This document shows, one piece after another, positions 31,045 through 40,464 of a stretch of 64,000 nt of DNA; position 1 is the first letter of the stretch, and the number at the start of each line of letters is the position of its first letter. Origin of the DNA: an uncultured Pseudobdellovibrionaceae bacterium (GTDB taxonomy: Bacteria > Bdellovibrionota > Bdellovibrionia > Bdellovibrionales > UBA1609); contig CAWDNU010000004.1 in assembly GCA_963803705.1 (NCBI GenBank), forward strand, positions 512,001 through 576,000, written 5' to 3'. The notes beneath the pieces were generated by a model that did not search any database, had not been told where the DNA came from, and worked only from the letters and a program-made list of their open reading frames with translations. The position numbers and the translations under genes are program-made.

Positions 31045-31542
31045 TTACTTACCTACCATAGCGTTCAATTGAAAGATATGTCTCTCTTGCCTAGGAACAA
31101 ATTCACTTGAAATCAAAGTTTTATCCAAGGCATTTAAACTACTGTCTAACAACATATCATTGTACTGTTGCAATCCATGTTCTTCTCCTTCAATCAATGC
31201 CTTTAAAGTGGCGGTATCACCTAAACTAGTGGCTGTCCCAATAACAGAGGTTACAAACGCTCCCCATATTCCAGAGCTATTATCTGGAGTTTCTAGAACT
31301 GCCATTATGTAATTTTTCAAACTGCTTACAGCTTTTCTATGTTCATTGAGAATACTTTTGATAACTGCGATTTCAGCATCGTCATTAAACTTTAGCTCAA
31401 CTTTCTCATAAGCTTCAACTGCTGAAATTTCACCCCTAAGCACCTTGTTAAACCAAGGTGTAGAATTTTCTATAATATCTTTATCTGGAGCTACGTCACT
31501 GGCGCTGCCTGTCTTGCTCTCCACAACTGATCTCCTCTGCAC
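31045..31542 (-). CDS. DUF2383 / PA2169-like ferritin-fold protein
   Basis: LRGEISAVEAY, SSGIWGAF and ALIEGEEHGLQQY. Confidence 0.8.
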   Translation of the reverse strand: MQRRSVVESKTGSASDVAPDKDIIENSTPWFNKVLRGEISAVEAYEKVELKFNDDAEIAVIKSILNEHRKAVSSLKNYIMAVLETPDNSSGIWGAFVTSVIGTATSLGDTATLKALIEGEEHGLQQYNDMLLDSSLNALDKTLISSEFVPRQERHIFQLNAMVGK

Positions 31543-31584
31543 TTAAAAATTATTTCAAAATCTCGAATTAGCTTGGTAGTAAAA

Positions 31585-31752
31585 CTACTTTCTGGACCTT
31601 ATGCCACCAAAAATAAGTGATACTACAAATAATACTAGAAAAATTAGAAATAAAATCTTTGCGATCCCAACAGAAGCACCAGCAATTCCACCGAAACCTA
31701 AAACTCCCGCTATAAGTGCTATAACAAAAAATGTAACTGCCCAGCTTAACAT
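31585..31752 (-). CDS. DUF1328 (UPF0391/YtjA-like) small membrane protein
   Basis: Manual translation [63 protein letters not shown]. Missing from the ORF track. Confidence 0.92.
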   Translation of the reverse strand: MLSWAVTFFVIALIAGVLGFGGIAGASVGIAKILFLIFLVLFVVSLIFGGIRSRK

Positions 31753-32092
31753 AATCTTCTCCCTGTAGTTTTTTTTTTGACCACACCAACAATGATGCTA
31801 TATAAGTAATTTATGATCTGATCAAATAATAATTTTAATTGTTAAATCTGATCTAGTGTAAGCAAATAAAAGATAATTTAGATCCCCAAAATATGAACTA
31901 ATTTGTAAATATGTACACAATTAAAAAGTGTTTAGACAGTAATTGCATGCAATTGTACGATGTCATGAACTTTACGCAATGATGATATTTTTGTGTCTAC
32001 CTAACTTGTAATTTTGCTTTTAAAATTACGGCAATAATGTAAGTTATGGTTTTGCACTTCATCATTCAAATATTAGAACTAGGAATTTCTAG

Positions 32093-33973
32093 ATGATTTC
32101 AAAAGATGAGCTTGAGCATCTCGAATCCCGAAATATAGATGGCAAGGTTTTTCAGAAAAGCCTGATCAATATGGTTGGGATACCTTCAATTTTTTTCGTC
32201 CTGACTATAGTTTTTACACATTTTCAGTTCGAATATCGAGAAAATAATAGAAACCATAGAAGTGAGCTCATCCAGTTAAAGCTTGATGTTTCAGAGTACC
32301 TACGTAGATTTGTTGATATGGAGTCAGGTCTGAGGGGCTACATAATAACAAAAAATAGCAAATTTTTAGAGCCTTATTTTGAAGCCCAAGTTAAGACTGG
32401 AGTCATTAAGCAAACTATTTACAAATTCATGGTTAACAACCAAGGACTCCAGAAGAAATTTCAGGATCTTGTCAGAGCCACTGATAACTGGGATATTAAA
32501 TACGCACAACCTGTGGCTGATTTTGAAAACAACCAGTTTGAAATAACCGATCGCTTTAGGCTCAACGCTAAAAAAGCCTTTGATAAAATTCGAAGAGAAT
32601 TCTTACAGTTAAATAACGATATTGACCTGATTAGTGTTAAGCTAGAAGAAAGAACGAGATATGCAAATTCTGTTAATTACCTGCTAGAGATCATATTAAT
32701 ATTTGCCTTTGTGATATTTATGTATTTTCTGTTAAGGAAGCAATTTCGGCTGTTAGTAGATAACTACAGAGATATTGTTTTAAAAAATCAAAAACAGATG
32801 GCTAAACTTATTGAAGTCTCCAAATCTAAGGATCTTTTTTTAGCAAATATGAGTCACGAAATTAGAACCCCATTAGGTGCAATTCTGGGCTTTGTTGATC
32901 TTGCTTTGGAAGACAAATCTGTAACCTTGGAGACCAGGGGCCACCTATCTTTCGTTAAAAGAAATGGAGCTCATCTACTTAGCTTGATTGAAGACTTATT
33001 TGATTTATCGAAAGTTACGACTAATAAAATTGACATAGTGCCTGAGAACACAGATATTCTTCAGACACTGTTAGACGTCAAAGATAATTTTAGCAGCACT
33101 GCTAATGATAACAGTCTGGTGATTAAATTTCTAATCCATCGTAAGATACCTAGAATTTTATTTTTAGATCCACTAAGGCTAAGACAGATTCTATTAAACC
33201 TACTTTCAAATGCTATTAAGTTTACTAAAATGAATGGTAGCGTAACTGTTACAGTCAGTTGCAAATCTGACCAACTAATGTTCGACATAAATGATGAAGG
33301 CATAGGAATTCCAAAGGATAAGCAAGCTTTGATATTTAATACCTTCCACCAGGTGGAAAATGCTCATTCCCGGAAGTATGGGGGGGCCGGTTTGGGCCTA
33401 TCAATTTCAAGGACTTTTGCTAACCTTATGGGCGGTAATTTAGAGCTTGTGGAAAGCAAACTCGGTGTCGGTAGTCACTTTAGGCTTACACTACCAATCA
33501 TTGCGGCTGAAACTGATAATTTCTTCGAACAAGAAGGTTTTGATTCAGAAGAAATTCCTAGAGAAATAAGTAATCCAGGTGATGAAGAGTCCGATTTGAT
33601 CGAACCCAAGAGGCTTTTGGATAAGAAAATTCTTCTGGCTGAAGATTCTAGAGAAAACCAAATTTTATTTCAAATTTATTTACAAAACGAGGGTGCCGAC
33701 ATTGAGATAGTGGATTCAGGCGCAGACGCTGTTAGGAAGGCTCTAAATATGAATTACGACATCATATTAATGGACATTCAAATGCCAGGGATTGACGGTT
33801 ACGAGGCCTTGAAATTGTTGAGGGATTCTGGCTATTTAGGTAAAATTATGGCTCTTACAGCTCACGCTATGAAAGGTGAGCGCGAAAGATGTTTGAACGC
33901 TGGTTTTGATGATTACCTTTCTAAGCCGGTCAACAAGTCTAAGTTGATCGAAAAAATTGTGGGTTTAGTTTAA
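32093..33973 (+). CDS. Hybrid sensor histidine kinase (CHASE3-HisKA-HATPase-REC)
   Basis: DMESGLRGYIIT...FLEPY (CHASE3), FLANMSHEIRTP, GGAGLGL and ILMDIQMP. Confidence 0.92.
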   Translation: MISKDELEHLESRNIDGKVFQKSLINMVGIPSIFFVLTIVFTHFQFEYRENNRNHRSELIQLKLDVSEYLRRFVDMESGLRGYIITKNSKFLEPYFEAQVKTGVIKQTIYKFMVNNQGLQKKFQDLVRATDNWDIKYAQPVADFENNQFEITDRFRLNAKKAFDKIRREFLQLNNDIDLISVKLEERTRYANSVNYLLEIILIFAFVIFMYFLLRKQFRLLVDNYRDIVLKNQKQMAKLIEVSKSKDLFLANMSHEIRTPLGAILGFVDLALEDKSVTLETRGHLSFVKRNGAHLLSLIEDLFDLSKVTTNKIDIVPENTDILQTLLDVKDNFSSTANDNSLVIKFLIHRKIPRILFLDPLRLRQILLNLLSNAIKFTKMNGSVTVTVSCKSDQLMFDINDEGIGIPKDKQALIFNTFHQVENAHSRKYGGAGLGLSISRTFANLMGGNLELVESKLGVGSHFRLTLPIIAAETDNFFEQEGFDSEEIPREISNPGDEESDLIEPKRLLDKKILLAEDSRENQILFQIYLQNEGADIEIVDSGADAVRKALNMNYDIILMDIQMPGIDGYEALKLLRDSGYLGKIMALTAHAMKGERERCLNAGFDDYLSKPVNKSKLIEKIVGLV

Positions 33974-34192
33974 TTTAAATGGTTACCAGCGATTAACTTG
34001 GCAGAACAGCTGTGTAAATTTCTACTCATTATTTCACAGCGATTTAGGTTATCCAAGGGTCAGATGGATTAAATTATGAAAAATAAAAATTAGTAAAAAA
34101 ATATTATCACAGTTAGATATTAAGTATAATTAGATATTTAGATAAAGACAAAGATAAAATTTTTAATGTTAAGGTTTATTAAAGGAGAATCT

Positions 34193-34399
34193 ATGGATAA
34201 AAATTTTTTTAAAGGGAACTGGAATCAGATCAAAGGCAGTATAAAACAAACTTGGGGTGACTTGACTGATAACGAGATCACCAAGATGGAGGGTGATTAT
34301 GATAAGACTCTTGGGCTGCTGCAAGAGAAATATAGTATGAAGAAAGAAGAAGCAGAAAATAAATTAAACGATATGATAAAAAAATTAAATCATAAATAA
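34193..34399 (+). CDS. csbD: CsbD family stress protein
   Basis: KGNWNQIKGSIKQTWGDLTD; AAGGAG RBS before ATG 34193. Confidence 0.9.
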   Translation: MDKNFFKGNWNQIKGSIKQTWGDLTDNEITKMEGDYDKTLGLLQEKYSMKKEEAENKLNDMIKKLNHK

Positions 34400-34409
34400 A
34401 GGCGGAAAA

Positions 34410-35009
34410 ATGTTAAAATTAGTAAAATTTCTTTTAGTTCCAATGTCTCTTATCTCTCTTTCTGCACAGGCGGCAAGGCCTACTGATGGTGAGCTTATAT
34501 TATCTCTTTTTGGTGTTGTTAATGACAGCGTTAAAGATGATGGCTCTTCCGGCCGAGACAATAGTTATAACTTTGGTGCCGGTGCCCTAGTCGAAGCTAA
34601 CGTGAATGGGTTTCTTGGTATCGAAACTGGAGCTATATTCGTGAAGCGTCAGTATGAATATGGATCTGGCCCTGTTTCTTTAGTTCAAGAGGTTGGACGC
34701 TTGCATGTTCCGGCAGTTGTAAAATTTTGGCCTACAAATTTTTTAGCGGTCGGTATCGGTCCTTATGCCTCTTTTAAAGTTGGTGATGTCAAAAATACAC
34801 TTGAGATCGGTGGTGTCGGTGGTTCAGTAGACACAAAAGCTGATGATGACGTCGAACTAGGTTTGGATGCAACTGTAACGTTAAATTTCAGTGTGGCTGA
34901 CAAGACCGGTATTTTTGTTGAGGGACGTTATTCTAAACCTTTCGATGAAGGTGATGATACAGAGCTAGATTCTATGACTGGTTTAGTTGGTGTTAAAATC
35001 TCTATGTAG
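34410..35009 (+). CDS. Outer-membrane beta-barrel protein
   Basis: Signal peptide AQA; small-barrel pattern (LHVP..VKF, GIGPY, IFVEGRY). Confidence 0.75.
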   Translation: MLKLVKFLLVPMSLISLSAQAARPTDGELILSLFGVVNDSVKDDGSSGRDNSYNFGAGALVEANVNGFLGIETGAIFVKRQYEYGSGPVSLVQEVGRLHVPAVVKFWPTNFLAVGIGPYASFKVGDVKNTLEIGGVGGSVDTKADDDVELGLDATVTLNFSVADKTGIFVEGRYSKPFDEGDDTELDSMTGLVGVKISM

Positions 35010-35055
35010 TTTCATGCTACGTTTAGGAATTTGCCTCTAAACTACAATATAATTG

Positions 35056-35097
35056 ACCCAAATTTTGGTACATCTTAGGCTAGGATTTGGGTTTTTT
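35056..35097 (+). terminator. Probable intrinsic terminator
   Basis: ACCCAAATTTTGGT...GCTAGGATTTGGGT stem (with G-U pairs) followed by a T run, between convergent genes. Confidence 0.55.
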
Positions 35098-35113
35098 GGT
35101 GTTTAATCTGTAA

Positions 35114-36115
35114 CTATTCAGACCACTCAATAAATTCTTCTTTTGTAATGTCTACGGGGTTAAAGAAACTACTGATAAATTCTAGTGCAATCTGCTTAGA
35201 ACGTGGTGCCTCCAATAGTTTTAATGCAAACATAGGGTGAAATTCAATCTGCACATGCACTTCATTACCCCTCCGATCATAGTCGTAGGTTTTGATGTTG
35301 AACAATAAGCCCTCTGAAGACAGCGCATCTTCATCCAACTTGGCCATCGCTTTGCGATGGGAAAGTTGAATGTGGTGAATCAAAGTTTCTTCAGATTTAA
35401 TTTCAGGTACAATTTTCAATGGTATCTCAAATTGTAGATACCGTAAGTTCAAAGTGTGCTCGAGGTCCCCTTCATCCAATTCAGATAGCTTTTGAGCAAC
35501 AAAATATAAAATATCTATGACAGTGTCTGAAGGGTCACTCATTGTTCGCCTAAATGTAGTAGGGCCGTCACCAAACAGTTCATTCGAAACTGATTTTTGC
35601 CCCAAGGCTCTACTTTGATATCTTTTTCTACTGGCAGCAGCTGTCGTAGCTGCCAAATAATCTTCCGCGCGATTTTCATAAGCACCATAGTGCTTCAAAA
35701 GGGCAAGCACCCTTGGAGTATAAACTGATTGAATATGCTTAAGAACATGCACATGGCTTGGGTCGAAATTGCTTGCCTTAGCTGAATTGATCTCGCTGGT
35801 GGTAGGCACATAATTATAAAAGTTGTCTGGACCTTTTAATGATCTGGGCAATACATGATCTATGGACATCTGATCAAATGGAAGAGGCAATCCAGTGTAA
35901 TAATCCTTACCCTCGAAGGCCTCATGAATGGCAATTCGTAATTTTCTTTCGAAAGTGTAAAAATCTGCATCTTTAGGGAAGTCAAATTGGTGAAGCGCAA
36001 ATTGGGCCAGAGTGGGAACTTTCTGAGATAAAAAGCCACTGCACTCCATGCTGCTTACGCTCAAGCTAAACAGGAAGGTGAAAGAACCAATAAAAAGCTT
36101 AAAGTATCCCACCAA
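35114..36115 (-). CDS. Signal-peptide-bearing HNH endonuclease domain protein
   Basis: N-terminal hydrophobic signal; GKDYYTG...IDHVLPRS.KGPDNFYNYV.....NSAK HNH motif; unknown C-terminal region. Confidence 0.7.
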   Translation of the reverse strand: MVGYFKLFIGSFTFLFSLSVSSMECSGFLSQKVPTLAQFALHQFDFPKDADFYTFERKLRIAIHEAFEGKDYYTGLPLPFDQMSIDHVLPRSLKGPDNFYNYVPTTSEINSAKASNFDPSHVHVLKHIQSVYTPRVLALLKHYGAYENRAEDYLAATTAAASRKRYQSRALGQKSVSNELFGDGPTTFRRTMSDPSDTVIDILYFVAQKLSELDEGDLEHTLNLRYLQFEIPLKIVPEIKSEETLIHHIQLSHRKAMAKLDEDALSSEGLLFNIKTYDYDRRGNEVHVQIEFHPMFALKLLEAPRSKQIALEFISSFFNPVDITKEEFIEWSE

Positions 36116-36177
36116 AACTAAACCCCTTAAATTAGATATTGTAAACTCTTACAAAAGTGCTGGTTTGGCAATTAGCT

Positions 36178-36194
36178 AGCAATATACGGTCCAG
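36178..36194 (-). promoter_or_regulatory. Candidate sigma54 (-24/-12) promoter
   Basis: Minus-strand CTGGACCGTATATTGCT, an exact GG-N10-GC with TTGCT, about 63 nt before the HNH gene start. Confidence 0.5.
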
Positions 36195-36279
36195 AAAAAG
36201 CAGGTGATGTCTTAGCTTTTTGCCTAATTAGCTAGCAAAACCAAACACTAAACCGATAATTAAAAATTATAATCAGAGG

Positions 36280-37452
36280 TTAAACCCAGGATCCTTTTCT
36301 AATCTTTTCCAAAATTATCTTTTCTGGCATCAAGGGGTCTTTTGGAGCGACACTAAAAATGGCTTGCTGTTCGCAACGGATCTTATTCTTGATCAAAAAC
36401 CTTAAAATATCAGCCAATTTTTTGTTCTTCCTATCTTTAAAAAATGGGTCATTTTCAAGCACATCTTTAGCTTTTTTGAGCGCTCTAGCTTCGCCAACAT
36501 CTGATGTTTTAACATCGTAATAATTCAGGTCATACTTTTCAATATCTTCAGGTAACACTCCTAAAAACTTAACGTCTGGTGCTGAAAAATCTTTGTTTCG
36601 AATTAAACTTGCAGCAGAGCCTGCCTTAAGTGTTCTAAAAATATTTTGCAAAGTGTAGGCGTCCAAATCTCCGAAAAAATAGATAGGCACCTTAAGTTGT
36701 TCCTGGATAAGTTTACACCAGCCCCTTACCCCATTACTCGGTACTCCCTGAGCGCCCATCAATATAGACTTGTTTCGTTTAGTGAAACCATTGCTTACTA
36801 ACGTATTTGCAGTACCTTCTGACTCTACGACCAGGCAAAAATCAATTTTTCCTTTGGCTTTAAGTTTCAAAGCTTGAGGCTTATTTTTAGGTTGAAAGGG
36901 TGTAGTTCCTAGTGTGCTTAAGTCGATAACTGCCTTAGTTCCGTCCGTGAGTGTCTCAGTGACGATTAAATTTTGTGAGTAGGTTTGTCCACCACGGTCA
37001 TTCGCAAAGCAGTTCATCTCCTCGCGGTAAACTTCAAGCATATCTGTAATAAAGTCTATAACAGAATCACTTTCGCTCTGATCATCAAAGTCGATTGGCT
37101 TAAGTTCTTTACTTCTTTTGACCAATCCTTTGGCCATATAATAAAGCTCTCTCTTGTTATTTACACTTCCAGAGTCTACATTTGAAAGTAAAATATCTAG
37201 CATAAACACAGTTCGAGCTAGTTTTTGCACGGATGAAACATTTAGTTCGCTACGAACCATCTTGCCCGTTGGGGTTAGGTAGCCAACTTTTGAGTTGTAC
37301 TCTGAGTTATCCAAACTGCATTTAATAGATTGTAAAACGGGCCGTTTTGAATTTTCTAAATCAGCTAGCATTCCTTCACAAAGCATTCTAGCTTTTTGAA
37401 TCATATCTTTTTGACTGACTCCGGAATTTGCTTTAACTCCAACTCTTGCCAT
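36280..37452 (-). CDS. top6A: DNA topoisomerase VI subunit A (Spo11-like)
   Basis: RELYY catalytic Tyr region, DDQSESD, and Toprim motifs VVESEG, GAQGVP and GDLDAY. Confidence 0.92.
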   Translation of the reverse strand: MARVGVKANSGVSQKDMIQKARMLCEGMLADLENSKRPVLQSIKCSLDNSEYNSKVGYLTPTGKMVRSELNVSSVQKLARTVFMLDILLSNVDSGSVNNKRELYYMAKGLVKRSKELKPIDFDDQSESDSVIDFITDMLEVYREEMNCFANDRGGQTYSQNLIVTETLTDGTKAVIDLSTLGTTPFQPKNKPQALKLKAKGKIDFCLVVESEGTANTLVSNGFTKRNKSILMGAQGVPSNGVRGWCKLIQEQLKVPIYFFGDLDAYTLQNIFRTLKAGSAASLIRNKDFSAPDVKFLGVLPEDIEKYDLNYYDVKTSDVGEARALKKAKDVLENDPFFKDRKNKKLADILRFLIKNKIRCEQQAIFSVAPKDPLMPEKIILEKIRKGSWV

Positions 37453-37467
37453 AAATTTTCCTTGTAT

Positions 37468-39339
37468 CTATTTTTTTGATCTAACTGTCGTGCTTTTAGC
37501 TGCTTTCTTCTTTTTAGTACTTTTTTTGTTTAAGACTTTCTTTTTTACACTGGATTTTTTCTCAATTTTCTTTTTAGAAGCTAATCTTTTCGAACTTTTT
37601 TTCAACTTTTTTACAGACTCTTCTGCTGCTTCAGCTTTTTTTGAACTGCCTTGTTTACGTAAACGCTTAGCTTCTTGTCTTTGCTCGGCTATAGTCGGTT
37701 GGGCCTCAACTGTGCTTACATCAAAAGAACGATTGTCCTTTAGGTTTTGTAATCTTACCTCAGCTACTTCTAATTTTTTTTCAGCATCGTTGGTGTCTCG
37801 ACCTAAAATCTTATTCAAGCCTTCGGTAGCTCTGTCTTTTCTTTTTTCACTTGCACCAATGATTGCTGCTAATCCGTTGACTAAGATCGGTCCGAATTTT
37901 TCAATGTGTTTTAGTTTTCTTTCTAAATCAGCTGCTCTGTTTTCTCTGTTGATGTGACGGGATAGCTTTTGGCCTGTTTGCATTAAGGTTCTGCGAATCT
38001 CTTCAACTAGATCCTCGCTGGCATCAACAGTCTCTTTAGATGCATTTTTAAACTTAATAAAAGGTGAGGTTACACTAACTGCAAAAACATAGGGTCCTTG
38101 GGGCAAACTATTTCTAGATTGAGATAAACCGTAAGACCGCCAATTAACTGATTCAACTGCTTTTGTAATTGCGCAACCTGCTTTATCAAATTGCAGGGGC
38201 ACTCGATTTGCGAATCTTAAAAGTTGCACTTGATCGTCTTCGGAACCCCTGTTGATAAAACGCGCAATTGCGACCTCTACAACCACAGGTTTGTAATCAC
38301 AGATTCTAGGTTTGCGAGCCACTACACTAAAAAAATCTACTTCGCCCAGGCGTTGAATACTTTTGGCTAAAGACTCTTCCCCAATTGTCAGAACAGACTT
38401 TGTAGATGGGCTCGGCAGATCTGTTGCTTGAATAGCTTTAAAAATTTCTTTGAACTCAGTCTCGCTAGTCTTAGCAATAGGCTGATTTAAAAACTTTTTC
38501 TTCATCCCATTTTTAACAAAGTCCTTAAACGTTGTATCGGTGACTCTAGAAAAAGCTGATTTTAAAAAGTTTTTTAGACTTACGTTTCCATATAGCAAGG
38601 CATGGGTCATAAACTCGCCCAATTTCATAGTATGAGGATGGGGCAATGTGGCTGCCGGTGCCTTTGGCACAATATTAGTGACGCGATCTACTTTAATCAC
38701 CGGATCATCATTGATTTTATATCTAAGGTTCAGATGCGGGTTTACTAAAGCTGTTCCCTCTAGATAAGTTAAAATTCCACCATCACCATTTAGCTGCAGG
38801 CGACCATCGATGATAAACTCAACTTTTAATCCATGGGCTTTATCCCAATCTACAGTGACCTTGTCTTTCACTAAGCCTTTATTTAGTTTAATATCAACAT
38901 CAATTCTCATTTCAGCGGCTTTACGCATACTCTTTGTTTTACTTCTAACAAAAACACCTTTGGCGTTTGTAAGCTGAGCCCAGGTTGTTGCTGCTGAAAT
39001 TCCAATACCCTGTTGACCCCTAGAACATCGTCCGCGCCCAAACTTTGATGAAGCTAAGTATTCACCGAAAACTTTAGGAAGATCTTCTGGGCTAAGTCCC
39101 GGACCGTTATCTTCAATGGTCACCCTAATTAAGTCCGCACCTTTGGAACCACCAATACCAATCTTTTCAATTTCAATAATAATTTCAGGCAGTATACCGT
39201 GGTCTTCACAGGCATCTAAAGAGTTATCGATAGACTCTTTCAAAGTAGTTAAAACAGCTTTTGTTGCAGACGAAAATCCAACCTGCTGTAAATTTTTGGC
39301 AAAATATTCGGCGGTACTGCTGGATGTTATTTGAGCCAA
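37468..39339 (-). CDS. top6B: DNA topoisomerase VI subunit B with Lys-rich C-terminal tail
   Basis: GHKL motifs KESIDNSLDACE, EDNGPG and SRGQQGIGIS; RFANRVPL; PFIKFKNASKE; GGAGG RBS. Confidence 0.94.
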   Translation of the reverse strand: MAQITSSSTAEYFAKNLQQVGFSSATKAVLTTLKESIDNSLDACEDHGILPEIIIEIEKIGIGGSKGADLIRVTIEDNGPGLSPEDLPKVFGEYLASSKFGRGRCSRGQQGIGISAATTWAQLTNAKGVFVRSKTKSMRKAAEMRIDVDIKLNKGLVKDKVTVDWDKAHGLKVEFIIDGRLQLNGDGGILTYLEGTALVNPHLNLRYKINDDPVIKVDRVTNIVPKAPAATLPHPHTMKLGEFMTHALLYGNVSLKNFLKSAFSRVTDTTFKDFVKNGMKKKFLNQPIAKTSETEFKEIFKAIQATDLPSPSTKSVLTIGEESLAKSIQRLGEVDFFSVVARKPRICDYKPVVVEVAIARFINRGSEDDQVQLLRFANRVPLQFDKAGCAITKAVESVNWRSYGLSQSRNSLPQGPYVFAVSVTSPFIKFKNASKETVDASEDLVEEIRRTLMQTGQKLSRHINRENRAADLERKLKHIEKFGPILVNGLAAIIGASEKRKDRATEGLNKILGRDTNDAEKKLEVAEVRLQNLKDNRSFDVSTVEAQPTIAEQRQEAKRLRKQGSSKKAEAAEESVKKLKKSSKRLASKKKIEKKSSVKKKVLNKKSTKKKKAAKSTTVRSKK

Positions 39340-39455
39340 AGGTTCCTCCGGAAGAGTGGTAAGATAGGATTACGACTTCTTAGTTTGAAAAGAAAATGAC
39401 TTGAATGCAAGTCTTTGCACTGCAAAGCTTATTTTTGAGGCGAGCTCCTGGTTCA

Positions 39456-39737
39456 TTATTTTTTTTGAGAAGCCAAAAATTCAACATCTGTTTTATGACT
39501 TTTGACTGAGTTACAATTTTTACAACTAACAACTAAGTTGGACTTAGAAGATCTTCCACCTCTAATAATTGGAACCTTATGATCCATAGTTAGTTCTCTC
39601 TTTTTAAAACTGTTTTCACAGTAATGACACCTTTGCAAAGAAAGCTGCTGGTCCCACCATGGGGTTTTTCTTAAGGCTCGCGCTTTTTCCTTTTCTTTTT
39701 TTACATGGGCCTCAGAAGAGGGTGTGAACCAAGACAT
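39456..39737 (-). CDS. Small HNH endonuclease
   Basis: CHYC...LTMDHKVPIIRGG.S.KSNLVVSCKNCNSVK. Start moved to ATG 39737. Confidence 0.88.
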   Translation of the reverse strand: MSWFTPSSEAHVKKEKEKARALRKTPWWDQQLSLQRCHYCENSFKKRELTMDHKVPIIRGGRSSKSNLVVSCKNCNSVKSHKTDVEFLASQKK

Positions 39738-39900
39738 GGCCGTAATCTGCCTTTTCAAGGTTTGTTTAGCAAGAGCAAATACGAGCTTAACCGGGTGACT
39801 AAAGTATTTGCATAAAACAGTTGTATAAATCACTAAGTTTTTTTAGAAAGTAGTTTACGCATTTAAATTAACTGATTGAGCTTAAAAATTTAGGATTCCT

Positions 39901-40128
39901 ATGAAAACTGAAGACTTAGAGCAAAGGCTTTTAAAAGCCTACCCTGACGCACAAATAGCAGTCCTAGACTCTAACGGTAACGGAGATCATTTCGAAATAC
40001 GGATTTCGTCAGAAGCTATTAATAGGTTATCTAGAATTAAAAGGCATCAGGCAATTTTAAGTCTTTTTGATAGTGAATTTAAATCAGGCGAACTGCATGC
40101 CTTAACTGTGAAACCAATTTGTCTATAA
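39901..40128 (+). CDS. bolA: BolA/IbaG family protein
   Basis: GDHF, SRIKRHQ and LHAL; upstream of grxD. Confidence 0.9.
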   Translation: MKTEDLEQRLLKAYPDAQIAVLDSNGNGDHFEIRISSEAINRLSRIKRHQAILSLFDSEFKSGELHALTVKPICL

Positions 40129-40148
40129 TTATTTAGGAGATAAATCTT

Positions 40149-40463
40149 ATGTTGAATGCAACTGTAAAAACCGAAATTGAAAATGCTATTTCATTAAAAC
40201 CAGTAGTTCTGTTTATGAAAGGAACGCCAGCCTTCCCTCAATGTGGATTTTCTGCTCGTGCAGTTGCTATCCTTAAAGAGCTAAGTATGGATTTTCATAG
40301 TGTTAACGTTTTAGAAAATGAATCTGTAAGACAGGGTATAAAAGAGTATTCCAATTGGCCAACAATCCCGCAACTTTATTTCAAGAAAGAGCTTGTTGGT
40401 GGTAGCGATATACTTATGGAAATGTATGAGTCTGGTGAATTAAAAGAACTTTTTGAAGCTTAA
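40149..40463 (+). CDS. grxD: Monothiol glutaredoxin (Grx4)
   Basis: LFMKGTP..PQCGFS, WPTIPQLY and GGSDI. Confidence 0.95.
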   Translation: MLNATVKTEIENAISLKPVVLFMKGTPAFPQCGFSARAVAILKELSMDFHSVNVLENESVRQGIKEYSNWPTIPQLYFKKELVGGSDILMEMYESGELKELFEA

Positions 40464-40464
40464 T

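Noticed and set aside
31568..31792. 74-aa ORF in the track
   Set aside because: Wrong frame; the real gene is the DUF1328 protein at 31585-31752.
35114..36115. Cas9/IscB-like RNA-guided nuclease idea for the Cys-free HNH protein
   Set aside because: No RuvC motifs, no CRISPR repeats or cas genes in the window, and it has a signal peptide.
37490..37957. 155-aa plus-strand ORF and similar antisense ORFs (e.g. 2242, 3580, 8360, 16104, 42669, 44033, 55050)
   Set aside because: Shadow frames of well-supported genes.
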